Positions 43,391-53,379 of a DNA stretch of 64,000 bases are shown piece by piece. Each line of letters begins with the position of its first letter. Position 1 is the first letter of the stretch. The position numbers and the translations under genes were made by a program. This DNA comes from Odoribacter sp. Z80 (GTDB taxonomy: Bacteria; Bacteroidota; Bacteroidia; Bacteroidales; Marinifilaceae). Below the pieces are notes generated by a model that ran no database searches, was not told the origin of the DNA, and saw only the letters and a list, made by a program, of their open reading frames with translations. The DNA lies in the NCBI RefSeq assembly GCF_009935865.1, contig NZ_QWEL01000002.1:344426-408425 (forward strand), given 5' to 3'.

Positions 43391-43983
43391 CAATCCAACA
43401 AATTCCTCAATTGGCGCATTCCTTTCTCCTTATCGGCAAAATGCACGGTATGGAAGCCCAATTCCGCAGCAGTCCGGATATTCTGTTCCAAATCATCAAT
43501 AAAAACGGATTCTCCGGAATTCACCCCATAACGCTCCATCAAAATCTCAAAAATCTTTTTCTCCGGTTTGATTGTTTTTTCTAAAGCCGAAATAATTTGT
43601 CCTTCGAAAAACTGAAATACCTCCCGGTCCTTCAGATAATCATAAAAATCCAGCGACATATTGGAAAGGCAGAACAAACGAAATCCTCTCGCAGATAACT
43701 CTTTAATCAACTGCTGAGTTTCCGGAATATCCCGCAAAGAATGTTTCACAAATTCCATAAAATCCCAACACTCGTCATAATGCCGGCCGGAAAAATCGCT
43801 CATCCTGCGGACCGTTTCCCGCTGATCTGCCGTTCCCCGGTCAAAATCCTGCCAATGGCTGGTAAAAAAACCTTTCTTAAAAAGCATCAAAGGCATCTCC
43901 GGGTCTCCCGGATATTCCTGCATCAAGCGTTCGGGATTCCAGTCTACAACCACTCCTCCCAAATCAAATACAATATTTTTCAT
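43387..43983 (-). CDS. HAD family hydrolase (HAD-IA-like).
   Basis: MKNIVFDLGGVVVDW..., which is HAD motif I (DxG). Confidence 0.75.
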   Translation of the reverse strand: MKNIVFDLGGVVVDWNPERLMQEYPGDPEMPLMLFKKGFFTSHWQDFDRGTADQRETVRRMSDFSGRHYDECWDFMEFVKHSLRDIPETQQLIKELSARGFRLFCLSNMSLDFYDYLKDREVFQFFEGQIISALEKTIKPEKKIFEILMERYGVNSGESVFIDDLEQNIRTAAELGFHTVHFADKEKGMRQLRNLLDC

Positions 43984-44018
43984 CCTTACTCTATATGAGA
44001 CAAACCTATCATTTCATA

Positions 44019-46268
44019 CTACCATATCACTATTTCATCCAAAAACTGAAAACCGGCATGTTTCTTCGCAAACAACCTTACATAACGTCCCCGCGCCCGG
44101 AAACGCGCCGTAAAATCACGGATAACCAATCTCTTTTCCCGGATTGAAACCTCATTCTTTATACGGGCCACTTCCTGAAAAGTGTTGCCATCTTCCGAGA
44201 CACTTACAGTCACATACTCCGGCATATACACCCCCGGACCCGTCAACTGCATAAAACCAGCCGATACGAAACTCAGGTCACAAACTGCTTCCAAATCGAC
44301 AACAACATCCACATGGGTCAGGAAACCCTGCCAGCGTCCGTCCCCATAAGTCAGACCACCGCGATACCCGTCTGTCAATGTCATCCCACCCGCAGCAGGA
44401 TACGAACCACTATAACGCGTCCTGTACTCCACTTTCCGGCCTACGGCCTTATGATAATCCAGCCGGGCCCGGGCGATTTCCCCTTTCCTTCCGCCGGAAT
44501 CAAGGATAAAAGCTTCTATTTTCGCCGAATCCGTCACATAAAACGGCTCCCGGTAGACTAACTCGGGTCCTCCGTTTACCGAATAACGAATCTGCGGCCG
44601 GTATTTCTCCGCATCAAACCACACCTTCATTTTCTTTCCGGCAGTATCTACCTCAGACCGAACCTCCAGCCGGCTGCTGAGGGGAAAAGCATTCACCCCC
44701 ATCCGCCTCAACCAGCCGGTATGCTTTCCGATCCGCCGTTTGAAATCCTCCGGCTCCCGCCGTTCTTGGGGTGTCCACACCACTTCTGCCAAGGCCAGCA
44801 AACGGGGAAAAATCATATATTCCGCATGTGCCGTATCGGAAATATATTCCGTCCACAAATTAGCCTGAGCTCCCAAAATATGTCTTGCTTCTTCCGGAGT
44901 TAACCCCTCCGGTACCGGATGGTAAGAATACACTTTCAGATAAGGCAAAAAACCGCCGATTGCAGCAGGCTCGGTACGCGGGTCTGCCTGATAACTATCG
45001 AAATAACAATACCCTCCCGGAGTCATAACAACGTCATGTCCCATGCGGGCCGCTTTTATTCCTCCCGTCTCCCCCCTCCACGACATAACCGTTGCCCCGG
45101 GAGCTACTCCTCCTTCCAAAATCTCATCCCAACCAATGAGTTTACGTCCCCGTTTCCTCAAAAAACATTCTACCCGACGAATCATATATCCCTGCAACTC
45201 CCTCTCCGATTTCAAGCCTTCGCGTTTCATTCTTCTCTGGCACGCCGGACACTTCTTCCACGCAGCAACCGAAGCTTCATCCCCTCCGACATGAATATAT
45301 TCCGACGGAAACAAATCCGTTATTTCCGTTAACACTCCCTCCACAAATTCAAAAGTCTTTTCATTGCCGATGCAAAATTCCCCGGTACGGTACGGTTCGT
45401 TATAACATCCCAGATGAGGATAGACACTGACAACCTCCTCCGAATGCCCTGGCATCTCAATCTCCGGGATGACCGTAATGTGCTTTCGCGCCGCATAAGC
45501 CACCACTTCCCGAATCTCTTCCCGGGTATAATATCCCCCGTAGGCACCCGCAGAATCACAGGTCACGTACTGTCTGTCCCCTTTCCACCAGGCCATATAA
45601 CCGGATTCCGACCGCCAGGCCGCCCGTCTCGTCAGTTCCGGATACTTTCTGATCTCCACCCGCCATCCCGCAGCGTCCGTCAAATGCCAATGGAAACGGT
45701 TCAACTTATAGACCGCCATCCAATCCAGGCATTTCATCACAAACTCTTTTGAGAAAAAATGCCGGGAAACATCCAGGTGCAATCCCCGGTAAGAAAAAGC
45801 CGGATAATCAGAAATACGCAATGCCGGTAAACGCCAACTCTGCCGACCGGAATTATAAAACCGCTCATCACCCAATAACTGTCCGAAAGTCTGTATTCCA
45901 TAGAAAAGTCCCGCAGCACTTCCCGCGGCAATCCTCACCTGCTCCGGCGTAATATCCAATTGATATGCTTCCCGCTCCATTCCGGCAAGCGTATCGAGAG
46001 TCAAAACAACCTGTCCCCGGGTCACTTCCTTCAGGCCATTCCCGGTATATTGCCTCATCAGTTCCTGTAATACCATCAGGCTTTCCTCAGCCCCCGGACC
46101 GGCCGATACCGTAACCTCTCCATCCAACCGGAAAAAACCGGATTCCATCATCACCGACACCGGCCGAGGAATAAGATTCAATTCTCCATCAAAATCCTTT
46201 TCTGTCCTGCAACTGCTCCACATCCCGGCAAGCAAAAGCAATAAATAGCAACGCACCTTCATATCCAA
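44019..46268 (-). CDS. GH20 beta-N-acetylhexosaminidase with a C-terminal F5/8-type-C-like domain, secreted.
   Basis: Signal peptide. ...RFHWHLTDAAGWRVEI... and ...HVGGDEA... catalytic motifs. Confidence 0.85.
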   Translation of the reverse strand: MDMKVRCYLLLLLAGMWSSCRTEKDFDGELNLIPRPVSVMMESGFFRLDGEVTVSAGPGAEESLMVLQELMRQYTGNGLKEVTRGQVVLTLDTLAGMEREAYQLDITPEQVRIAAGSAAGLFYGIQTFGQLLGDERFYNSGRQSWRLPALRISDYPAFSYRGLHLDVSRHFFSKEFVMKCLDWMAVYKLNRFHWHLTDAAGWRVEIRKYPELTRRAAWRSESGYMAWWKGDRQYVTCDSAGAYGGYYTREEIREVVAYAARKHITVIPEIEMPGHSEEVVSVYPHLGCYNEPYRTGEFCIGNEKTFEFVEGVLTEITDLFPSEYIHVGGDEASVAAWKKCPACQRRMKREGLKSERELQGYMIRRVECFLRKRGRKLIGWDEILEGGVAPGATVMSWRGETGGIKAARMGHDVVMTPGGYCYFDSYQADPRTEPAAIGGFLPYLKVYSYHPVPEGLTPEEARHILGAQANLWTEYISDTAHAEYMIFPRLLALAEVVWTPQERREPEDFKRRIGKHTGWLRRMGVNAFPLSSRLEVRSEVDTAGKKMKVWFDAEKYRPQIRYSVNGGPELVYREPFYVTDSAKIEAFILDSGGRKGEIARARLDYHKAVGRKVEYRTRYSGSYPAAGGMTLTDGYRGGLTYGDGRWQGFLTHVDVVVDLEAVCDLSFVSAGFMQLTGPGVYMPEYVTVSVSEDGNTFQEVARIKNEVSIREKRLVIRDFTARFRARGRYVRLFAKKHAGFQFLDEIVIW

Positions 46269-46566
46269 AATAATTCCGATTAATCCACAAAAATAAACAA
46301 AGTCCGCGATTTCACCTCCCTACATCGGCCTTTACACAAAAATTCCCCATAACCATCCGGTTCATGGGGAAAATCAGAAAATATAAGTATTGAACATTAA
46401 GAATACCCTTTATATACGAAACACTAAAAAAAAAGATTTAAAAACAAGAATATTTAAAATGACCTCTTCCACGACCAAGTTTCGGATTTAACACATTTGG
46501 GAATCAAACTGTTACAAAATAAAAAAGTGAATAAATCCAGAGAATCTCCGTCTTTATTCACTCCAG

Positions 46567-46651
46567 TACCCAGGGCGGGAATCGAACCCGCACGTCTGTT
46601 GAGGACACTGGATTTTGAGTCCAGCGCGTCTACCAATTCCGCCACCTGGGC
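46567..46651 (-). tRNA. tRNA-Leu (anticodon CAA).
   Basis: Minus-strand read GCCCAGGTGGCGGAATTGGTAGACGCGCTGGACTCAAAATCCAGTGTCCTCAACAGACGTGCGGGTTCGATTCCCGCCCTGGGTA. Has the type-II long variable arm and a CUCAAAA anticodon loop. CCA is not encoded. Confidence 0.85.
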
Positions 46652-46883
46652 AAAGAACTCGGGTGCAAAGGTAGAGATTTTAGTATAAACTCCAAAAATT
46701 TGGACTGTTTTTTTCAACCTTTTTCTGCATCGGGAATTTCTCTTCGGAAAAACAAAGCAGAAAAAGCCGGAAAACCTTTGTCCATATTTAAATAAAGTTT
46801 TTGATTAACATAGAATGTCTAAAAAAAATCCCATCTTTGTAGAAGTGTGTAATAAACGGGTATTAACTTAAACTTTTAAAGTT

Positions 46884-47459
46884 ATGCAAGAATGGTGGGC
46901 CTCATTGGATCTCTATATGCAAATCTTGTGGATGATTACTTTAAGTGCAAGTTTGATTTTTATCATTCAAACCATACTGACTTTTACGGGTATGGATACG
47001 GACAGCGGACTGGATGTGCCCGATGGGGGATTTGATTCGTCAACAGATGTGGGAACCTTCCCATTCCAATTATTCACATTCCGGAATTTCATTAATTTTT
47101 TTCTGGGATTCGGTTGGACTGCCATAGCCTTAGAAGGAAAAGTAAGTACTGTGGCCAGTATTATTCTTTCCGTTTTGGTAGGATTGGCTTTAGTTGCTGC
47201 CATCATGTACCTTTTTTTCCTGATGAGTAAAATGGAGCAATCCGGCAACATAGAAACAGCCAGTGCCGTAGGCTGCAAGGGGAACGTCTACCTTACCATT
47301 CCGGGCCACCGCCAGGGAGAGGGGAAGGTACAGCTTTCCATTCAGGGTGCCATCCGCGAATTTGACGCCACAACGGAAGGAGATACCCTCCCTAACGGCA
47401 CTCCCATCCAGGTCGTTGCCGTATTAAACGAAAATATGCTCCTTGTTGCTAAAATATAA
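46884..47459 (+). CDS. YqiJ-like (DUF1449 / NfeD-like) membrane protein.
   Basis: Several TM segments followed by a C-terminal soluble beta-rich domain. Immediately upstream of the flotillin gene, as in E. coli yqiJK. Confidence 0.5.
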   Translation: MQEWWASLDLYMQILWMITLSASLIFIIQTILTFTGMDTDSGLDVPDGGFDSSTDVGTFPFQLFTFRNFINFFLGFGWTAIALEGKVSTVASIILSVLVGLALVAAIMYLFFLMSKMEQSGNIETASAVGCKGNVYLTIPGHRQGEGKVQLSIQGAIREFDATTEGDTLPNGTPIQVVAVLNENMLLVAKI

Positions 47460-47482
47460 AGCTAAACCAAATTCATAAATCA

Positions 47483-48922
47483 ATGGAAACAAGTCTCTAT
47501 TTAATCATGGTGATAGTTGCAGTTATCTTCGTCACATTTGCAGCCATCTTATCCCGTTATAAACGTTGTCCGTCCGACAAAATCTTGGTAGTTTACGGAA
47601 AAACAGGAAAAAACAAAACCGGAGGAGTAAGCTCAGCCCGGTGTATTCACGGAGGAGCCGCCTTTATCTGGCCGGTATTTCAAAGCTATGCCTTTCTGGA
47701 CCTCACACCGATTTCCATCGAATGTAATCTGACAAATGCATTAAGTAAACAAAACATCCGGGTGGACGTTCCGTGTCGCTTCACTGTCGGTATTTCCACC
47801 GAGCCGGAAAGCATGACCAATGCAGCAGAACGTCTTTTAGGCCAACGCTTGGAAAATATCCAGGATTTGGCAAAAGATATTCTTTTCGGGCAATTGCGTT
47901 TAGTCATTGCCACCATGGATATAGAAGAAATCAACTCCGACCGGGACAAATTCCTGGCCAATGTAAGTGCCAACGTAGAAGCAGAGTTGCGTAAAATCGG
48001 GCTGAAACTCATCAACGTCAATGTAACCGACTTACGGGACGAATCGGGTTACATTGAAGCTTTAGGAAAAGAAGCGGCAGCCAAGGCTATTAATGATGCC
48101 AAAAAAAGTGTTGCCGAACAAAACCGTTTTGGTGAAATCGGTAAAGCAGAAGCAGACCGGGATAAAGACATCCGCATTGCCGAGACTGTCCGGGACACCC
48201 GAATCCGTACTTCCGAGGCCAATGCCTCGGCTGTGGAGGGAGAAAACAACGCCAAAATCCACATTGCCGACTCCGATGCCACCCGTCGTGAACGCGAGGC
48301 AGAAGCGGGACGGAAAGCTACGGCGGCCGAAAAAGTACAGGCTGCCAAAGCCTTAGAGGAAGCCTACCAGGCTGAAAAAGAGGCCGAAATTGCACGTGCC
48401 GAACGCGAAAAAGCAACCCAGACGGCCAATATCGTTATCCCTGCCCAAATAGCCAAAGAAAAAGCAATTATAGAAGCAGAAGCAGAAGCAGAACGCTTGC
48501 GCCGCCAGGCCCAAGGAGAAGCCGATGCCATTTTCGCCAAGATGGAAGCAGAGGCCCGCGGTTTATACGAAGTTCTGACCAAGCAGGCCGAAGGCTATGA
48601 CCGTATTGTCAAAGCTGCCGCAGGCGATCCGGACAAGGCAGTGACAATGCTGATTACAGATAAACTGCCGGAACTGGTAAAAACACAGGTGGAAGCAGTG
48701 AAGAACATCAAGATAGACAAGGTAACCGTATGGGATGGCAACAACGCAACCAACGGCAACACTGCCACAGCAAACTTTATTTCAGGCATGATGAAATCCG
48801 TTCCTCCGTTAAACGACCTGTTTAACATGGCAGGACTGAATCTGCCCACCTATCTGAAAGGTAAAACGGAAACCGAAACCGGGAAGGAAGAAGAAAAATC
48901 CGAAACCAATACGGAAGTCTGA
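47483..48922 (+). CDS. Flotillin family (SPFH/band-7) protein.
   Basis: N-terminal TM segment, SPFH domain, and a long E/A/K-rich coiled-coil region (...EAEAGRKATAAEKVQAAKALEEAYQAEKEAEIARAEREKA...). Confidence 0.85.
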   Translation: METSLYLIMVIVAVIFVTFAAILSRYKRCPSDKILVVYGKTGKNKTGGVSSARCIHGGAAFIWPVFQSYAFLDLTPISIECNLTNALSKQNIRVDVPCRFTVGISTEPESMTNAAERLLGQRLENIQDLAKDILFGQLRLVIATMDIEEINSDRDKFLANVSANVEAELRKIGLKLINVNVTDLRDESGYIEALGKEAAAKAINDAKKSVAEQNRFGEIGKAEADRDKDIRIAETVRDTRIRTSEANASAVEGENNAKIHIADSDATRREREAEAGRKATAAEKVQAAKALEEAYQAEKEAEIARAEREKATQTANIVIPAQIAKEKAIIEAEAEAERLRRQAQGEADAIFAKMEAEARGLYEVLTKQAEGYDRIVKAAAGDPDKAVTMLITDKLPELVKTQVEAVKNIKIDKVTVWDGNNATNGNTATANFISGMMKSVPPLNDLFNMAGLNLPTYLKGKTETETGKEEEKSETNTEV

Positions 48923-48947
48923 AGCGGTTAAAATTTCTCCTGTCAAT

Positions 48948-48990
48948 AAAGAGGCCGGCCGAAAAGTAATATTTCGGCCGGCCTCTTTTC
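48948..48990 (+). terminator. Intrinsic terminator after the flotillin gene.
   Basis: aagaggccggccgaaa-agtaatat-tttcggccggcctctttt is a GC-rich perfect stem followed by a T-run. Confidence 0.75.
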
Positions 48991-49238
48991 CTGCTCTAAA
49001 CAATCTCAATCAGACGCTCCCTTTCTCATATTGCCTAAAACAACTTTACTTTCTTTTTGCCGTTAAACAAGGGAAAATGCATGAAACTATTCCGCGCCCC
49101 GTACCGTTGTTCATGCAAAATAAATCAGATACGGCATTGAAATCAATATAACCTCAAAAAACAAATACGATAAATTTAAAACGGAAGATTTTTCCGAAGT
49201 TAATACTATTTAATTAAATTTGTAATATCAGAACAGTA

Positions 49239-50360
49239 ATGGCACATATGAGAAAACTTTTCCTCTTTTTGTTTCTGCTGGCTTTCGTGCGGGAAACTGC
49301 CGGTCAGGAACTCGGCGGCAAAGGGCCGGATGGATTTCGCTGGCGGCTAATAGGACGGGCATTCTTCGATGGAGGAGTTTTTTTGAAAGACACCGCCCGG
49401 GAAAACAGTTTTCAGATAAATGACCTCCGTGTAGGGACAATCATTCACTTCCTGGATGCCTGGGAAGCTAAAATCGAATTGGGTTACGGCGACAGTAAAA
49501 TTTCTTTGAAAGACGTCTATCTGAATTACGAATACAAGAATAGTTCTTTCCGTTTAGGCTACCATTTCGAACCTTTCGGAAACGCGCGGGTAGGGACAAG
49601 CAACTATCGTTTCATTACCAACGCTGTTTCGGACAAAGCTTTGGGCAACAGCCGTAAATTAGGATTCAGTTACAGCTATAACCACAAATGGTTCAATTTT
49701 ATCGGAGGAGTATTCAGCGATGGGGACATTCAAAAATCAAAACCGGTAAACCAAGGCTATTCTTTGGCCGCAAAGGTAGTCGGGCGTCCCTTGATGGAGG
49801 ACAAAAAGCTGATTCATATCGGAGTGGCTCCCCGGTTCAACAGCAGCCATAAAGAAGTGTCTTTTTCGGCCGGAGCTCCAACGGATTTATTGGCAAAAGC
49901 CGACAATACCTTTTTGGACGCCCACATTTCCCAGGTGATTAATCAGTGGAAACTGGATTTGGAAACTATTCTGTTGTACAACAAATGGTACTTTCAGGGC
50001 CAGTATTTCCTGGCCAGTCTGAACCGTTTCGCGGCTGAAAACTACAAAGCCAAAGGAGGGTACGCCCAATGTGGTTATATGGTTCTGGGTGCCAAACACA
50101 ATTACAATGCCAAGACGGGTATGATTGTAAATCCTGCACCCCGGAGCCTGGAAATCCTGTTGCGTTACGACAATATGAATCTGAACGATGCAGGAATCCG
50201 GGGAGGACGTTTGTCCGATATTTCTGTGGGAGTAAATTATTTCATTAATAAATACGTCGCAGCAAAAGTGAATTATACCCGCATGATGATCGGGCATTCT
50301 TCCCCTCAGGGAAAAGATGATTTTGATTTATTGCAGGGAAGAGTGCAAATCAGTTTCTAA
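49239..50360 (+). CDS. Phosphate-selective porin O/P-like outer-membrane beta-barrel.
   Basis: Signal peptide. Alternating amphipathic beta-strand pattern and a C-terminal ...QGRVQISF aromatic terminus. Confidence 0.65.
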   Translation: MAHMRKLFLFLFLLAFVRETAGQELGGKGPDGFRWRLIGRAFFDGGVFLKDTARENSFQINDLRVGTIIHFLDAWEAKIELGYGDSKISLKDVYLNYEYKNSSFRLGYHFEPFGNARVGTSNYRFITNAVSDKALGNSRKLGFSYSYNHKWFNFIGGVFSDGDIQKSKPVNQGYSLAAKVVGRPLMEDKKLIHIGVAPRFNSSHKEVSFSAGAPTDLLAKADNTFLDAHISQVINQWKLDLETILLYNKWYFQGQYFLASLNRFAAENYKAKGGYAQCGYMVLGAKHNYNAKTGMIVNPAPRSLEILLRYDNMNLNDAGIRGGRLSDISVGVNYFINKYVAAKVNYTRMMIGHSSPQGKDDFDLLQGRVQISF

Positions 50361-50361
50361 G

Positions 50362-52479
50362 TTACGACGGATTGATTTTATCCACGGCAATCTGATAGTT
50401 ATCCCCTATGCGAAGGTTCGCGCTAAAGGAATTTCCGGATTCATCCTTAAAACCGGCAAGAGTTCCTGTTTTTCCTTTCAGGACCAAAGATTCGACTTGT
50501 TTCTGAGTCAGTTTTTTCCCGTGAATCTCCATCGGAATTAAAAAATCGCAAGACTTCCGGTAGAGGGAACATCCCCAGGCCGTTTTTCCATGAATGATAT
50601 TTCCTTCCCCGCATTTGGGACACTTCAATGATGCCTCCGGTTTCTTTATTCCGGTTTCATCCGTTCTGCTTTTCTTCCCGGATTTCTCCTTTTCACCGGA
50701 TTCTTCTATTGTAATTGTCTTGGAAGAAGAATATTTGACGTAATGGACTATTTCGTTTACCATTACTTTCAGTTCTTCCATAAAATCGGCTACCTGATAT
50801 GTGCCGTCTTCTATCATGCGGAGTTTTTTCTCCCATTGTCCGGTAAGCTCTGCCGATTTCAGCAAGTCATTCTGGATAGTATCTATCAATTCTATACCGG
50901 TTGCCGTTGCCAGAATGCGTTTTTTATCCTTCCGTATATACTGGCGTTTGAATAAAGTTTCAATAATATTAGCACGGGTGGAAGGTCTTCCTATTCCGTT
51001 CTCCTTCATTAAATCCCTCAATTCCTCATCTTCCACTTGTTTTCCTGCTGTTTCCATTGCCCTCAGCAAATCGGCTTCCGTATAATATTTTGGGGGCTGG
51101 GTCTGCTTTTCCTGCAATTCTGGAGTATGGGGGCCATGCTCTCCTTTTTCATAAACCGGCAATACATTCTCTTCATTCTGTTTGTCGGTATTGGTTCCGA
51201 ACACCACCCGCCAGGCAGGCTCAATGATTTGTTTTCCCGTTGCCTTAAAATCCTCATCACCAATTTTAGCCATCACAGTGGTATTCGCCACTTCACAGTC
51301 CGGATAAAAAACGGCAATAAAACGCCGGACAACCAAATCATACACCCGTTTTTCTTCCGGCGACATATCATAACTGAACACTCCGGTAGGAATAATGGCA
51401 TGGTGGTCCGTAATTTTCTTATCATTAAAAACTTTAGGGGATTTACGGATTTTTCCGCCTTCCAGGACAGGTTTGGTGAGCGCCTCATAAGGTTTTAATC
51501 CTTTCAGGATTTTAGGTACCTTGGCATATTGGTCATTGGGCAGGAAGTTAGTATCAACCCTGGGATAAGTAGTCAGTTTCTTTTCATACAGGGACTGAAT
51601 GATTTTCAAAGTATTCTCGGCAGTAAACGCAAATTTCCGGTTACATTCCACCTGTAAAAGGGTCAAATCAAAAAGTTTAGGCGGGTGTTCCATTGCTTTT
51701 TTCCGTTCGACGCTGATAATTTCCAACTCTAACGGTGTAATTTTCTCCATGAAAGCCTCTGCTTCTTCCTTTTTGTTGAAACGTCCTCTTTGGGAAGAAA
51801 AAATTCCATCCCGGTAGTTCGTACGGATTTCCCAATAGGTTTCCGGTTTAAAATTTTCTATGGCTTTTTGACGTTCCACCACCAAGGCCAGGGTTGGTGT
51901 CTGCACCCTTCCGATAGAGAGGACATTTTTCCCTGTTCCGTATTTCAACGTATAAGCACGGGTGGCATTCATCCCCAACAACCAATCTCCGATTGCCCTG
52001 GCAGAGCCGGCTGCATAGAGCGTATCGAAATCCTTTGCTTCCATCAGTTTATCGAATCCTTCGCGGATGGCTTCCTCCGTCAAGGAAGAAATCCACAGGC
52101 GTTTGACCGGCACCCCGCATCTGGCCTTGGTCAGCACCCAACGTTGTATCAACTCACCTTCTTGCCCGGCATCCCCGCAATTAATCACCATTTCGGCCTT
52201 CCCCACCAACTCTTCTATAACGGCAAACTGTTTTTTTATTCCTTCATCTTCAATCAGGCGAATGCGGAATCTGGAAGGAATCATCGGCAGCACCCCCAGG
52301 TTCCATTTTTGCCATTTCTCCATATATTCCCCCGGTTCCTGCAACGTGCATAAATGCCCGAAGGTCCAGGTAACACAATACCCGTTTCCCTCGAGATAGC
52401 CATTTCTCCGGACAGTAGCCCCCAGAATATTGGCTATTTCCTTTGCAACACTCGGCTTTTCGGCAATACACATCTTCAT
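50362..52479 (-). CDS. topB: DNA topoisomerase III.
   Basis: MKMCIAEKPSVAKEIANILG... (TOPRIM domain) and a C-terminal Cys-rich zinc ribbon (CPKCGEG...CDF). Start chosen at ATG 52479. Confidence 0.9.
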   Translation of the reverse strand: MKMCIAEKPSVAKEIANILGATVRRNGYLEGNGYCVTWTFGHLCTLQEPGEYMEKWQKWNLGVLPMIPSRFRIRLIEDEGIKKQFAVIEELVGKAEMVINCGDAGQEGELIQRWVLTKARCGVPVKRLWISSLTEEAIREGFDKLMEAKDFDTLYAAGSARAIGDWLLGMNATRAYTLKYGTGKNVLSIGRVQTPTLALVVERQKAIENFKPETYWEIRTNYRDGIFSSQRGRFNKKEEAEAFMEKITPLELEIISVERKKAMEHPPKLFDLTLLQVECNRKFAFTAENTLKIIQSLYEKKLTTYPRVDTNFLPNDQYAKVPKILKGLKPYEALTKPVLEGGKIRKSPKVFNDKKITDHHAIIPTGVFSYDMSPEEKRVYDLVVRRFIAVFYPDCEVANTTVMAKIGDEDFKATGKQIIEPAWRVVFGTNTDKQNEENVLPVYEKGEHGPHTPELQEKQTQPPKYYTEADLLRAMETAGKQVEDEELRDLMKENGIGRPSTRANIIETLFKRQYIRKDKKRILATATGIELIDTIQNDLLKSAELTGQWEKKLRMIEDGTYQVADFMEELKVMVNEIVHYVKYSSSKTITIEESGEKEKSGKKSRTDETGIKKPEASLKCPKCGEGNIIHGKTAWGCSLYRKSCDFLIPMEIHGKKLTQKQVESLVLKGKTGTLAGFKDESGNSFSANLRIGDNYQIAVDKINPS

Positions 52480-52652
52480 AATTCCGCACAACTTGATTTG
52501 GATGCAAAGATACGACAAAATCAAATAAAGGTAAAAGAGTACCGAAAAAGCACTCCGCAACCAGAAAAACTACCCCTGAAAGGGATAAAAATCCCCAAGA
52601 CCGCTTAACAGACTTGGGGAATTTTCATTGTAAAATGAATAAATTTACGTAT

Positions 52653-53357
52653 TTATATCTTGTTTCTGACCAACAACCATAAAAACCGAAAGAGATGAAC
52701 TTGCCGCTTCATGCGTGAAGGCTGTCTGAACAGGCGGTAAGCCCATTCCAGGTTGTTCTCTATCCACCAACGGGGAGCCCGGTTCACCTTGCCGGTATAA
52801 ACATCAAAACTCCCTCCCAATCCCTGATAGATGGCTGTATGTTGCCGTTGCATTTCCTCCATCAGTTCTTCTTGTACCGGAGAGCCCATGGCAACAAATA
52901 CAACATCGGGCTTCCGGTTTGAAATGTCTTTAACAAGAGCAGACCTCTCCTCCTTCGAGAAATATCCGTTGCGGTAACCCACAATTTTAATCCCCGGATA
53001 TTCGTTGTTCAATTTATCAACCGTATTCTTAATCACCTCCTGTTTGCCCCCAACTAAATAAAAGGTTCTCTCATTCTTATAACGGTTAATGATTTTCAGC
53101 CACAGTTCGCATCCGGGAATCCGTGCAATCCGGTCGGCTGCCTTTTTCTTTTTAAGCGCCATAACCGCTCCTATCCCATCGGCATAACCCAGGTTACGGT
53201 TTATCATCTCCCTGACTTTATCCGGGGCATGCAAAATCTTTTCCGCATTTACAGCAACCAAAATACAGGGATTGTTGTCGATATATTCCAACAGTTCCTC
53301 ATCCGAAGCGAACGGATAAACATTAATTCTCCGCAGGGATACGGGCTGAATATCCAT
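52653..53357 (-). CDS. WecB/TagA/CpsF family glycosyltransferase (ManNAc/ManNAcA-transferase type).
   Basis: ...ILVAVNAEKI...LGYADGIGAVMA... signature. Start chosen at the MDIQP Met (53357), which avoids overlap with the upstream GT gene. Confidence 0.75.
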   Translation of the reverse strand: MDIQPVSLRRINVYPFASDEELLEYIDNNPCILVAVNAEKILHAPDKVREMINRNLGYADGIGAVMALKKKKAADRIARIPGCELWLKIINRYKNERTFYLVGGKQEVIKNTVDKLNNEYPGIKIVGYRNGYFSKEERSALVKDISNRKPDVVFVAMGSPVQEELMEEMQRQHTAIYQGLGGSFDVYTGKVNRAPRWWIENNLEWAYRLFRQPSRMKRQVHLFRFLWLLVRNKI

Positions 53358-53379
53358 ATTAAAAGTAAAATTTAAATTT

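Noticed and set aside
46269-46883. tRNA-Leu as a possible genomic-island integration site. The track ORF 46454-46717 overlaps the tRNA.
   Set aside because: No integrase, direct repeat of the tRNA 3' end, or foreign-looking cargo is adjacent. The overlapping ORF is a spurious reading frame through the tRNA.
48923-49238. A half Pho-box-like CTGTCAATAAA upstream of the phosphate-type porin.
   Set aside because: Only one half-site is present, and it lies within the flotillin terminator region. The evidence is insufficient for a regulatory call.
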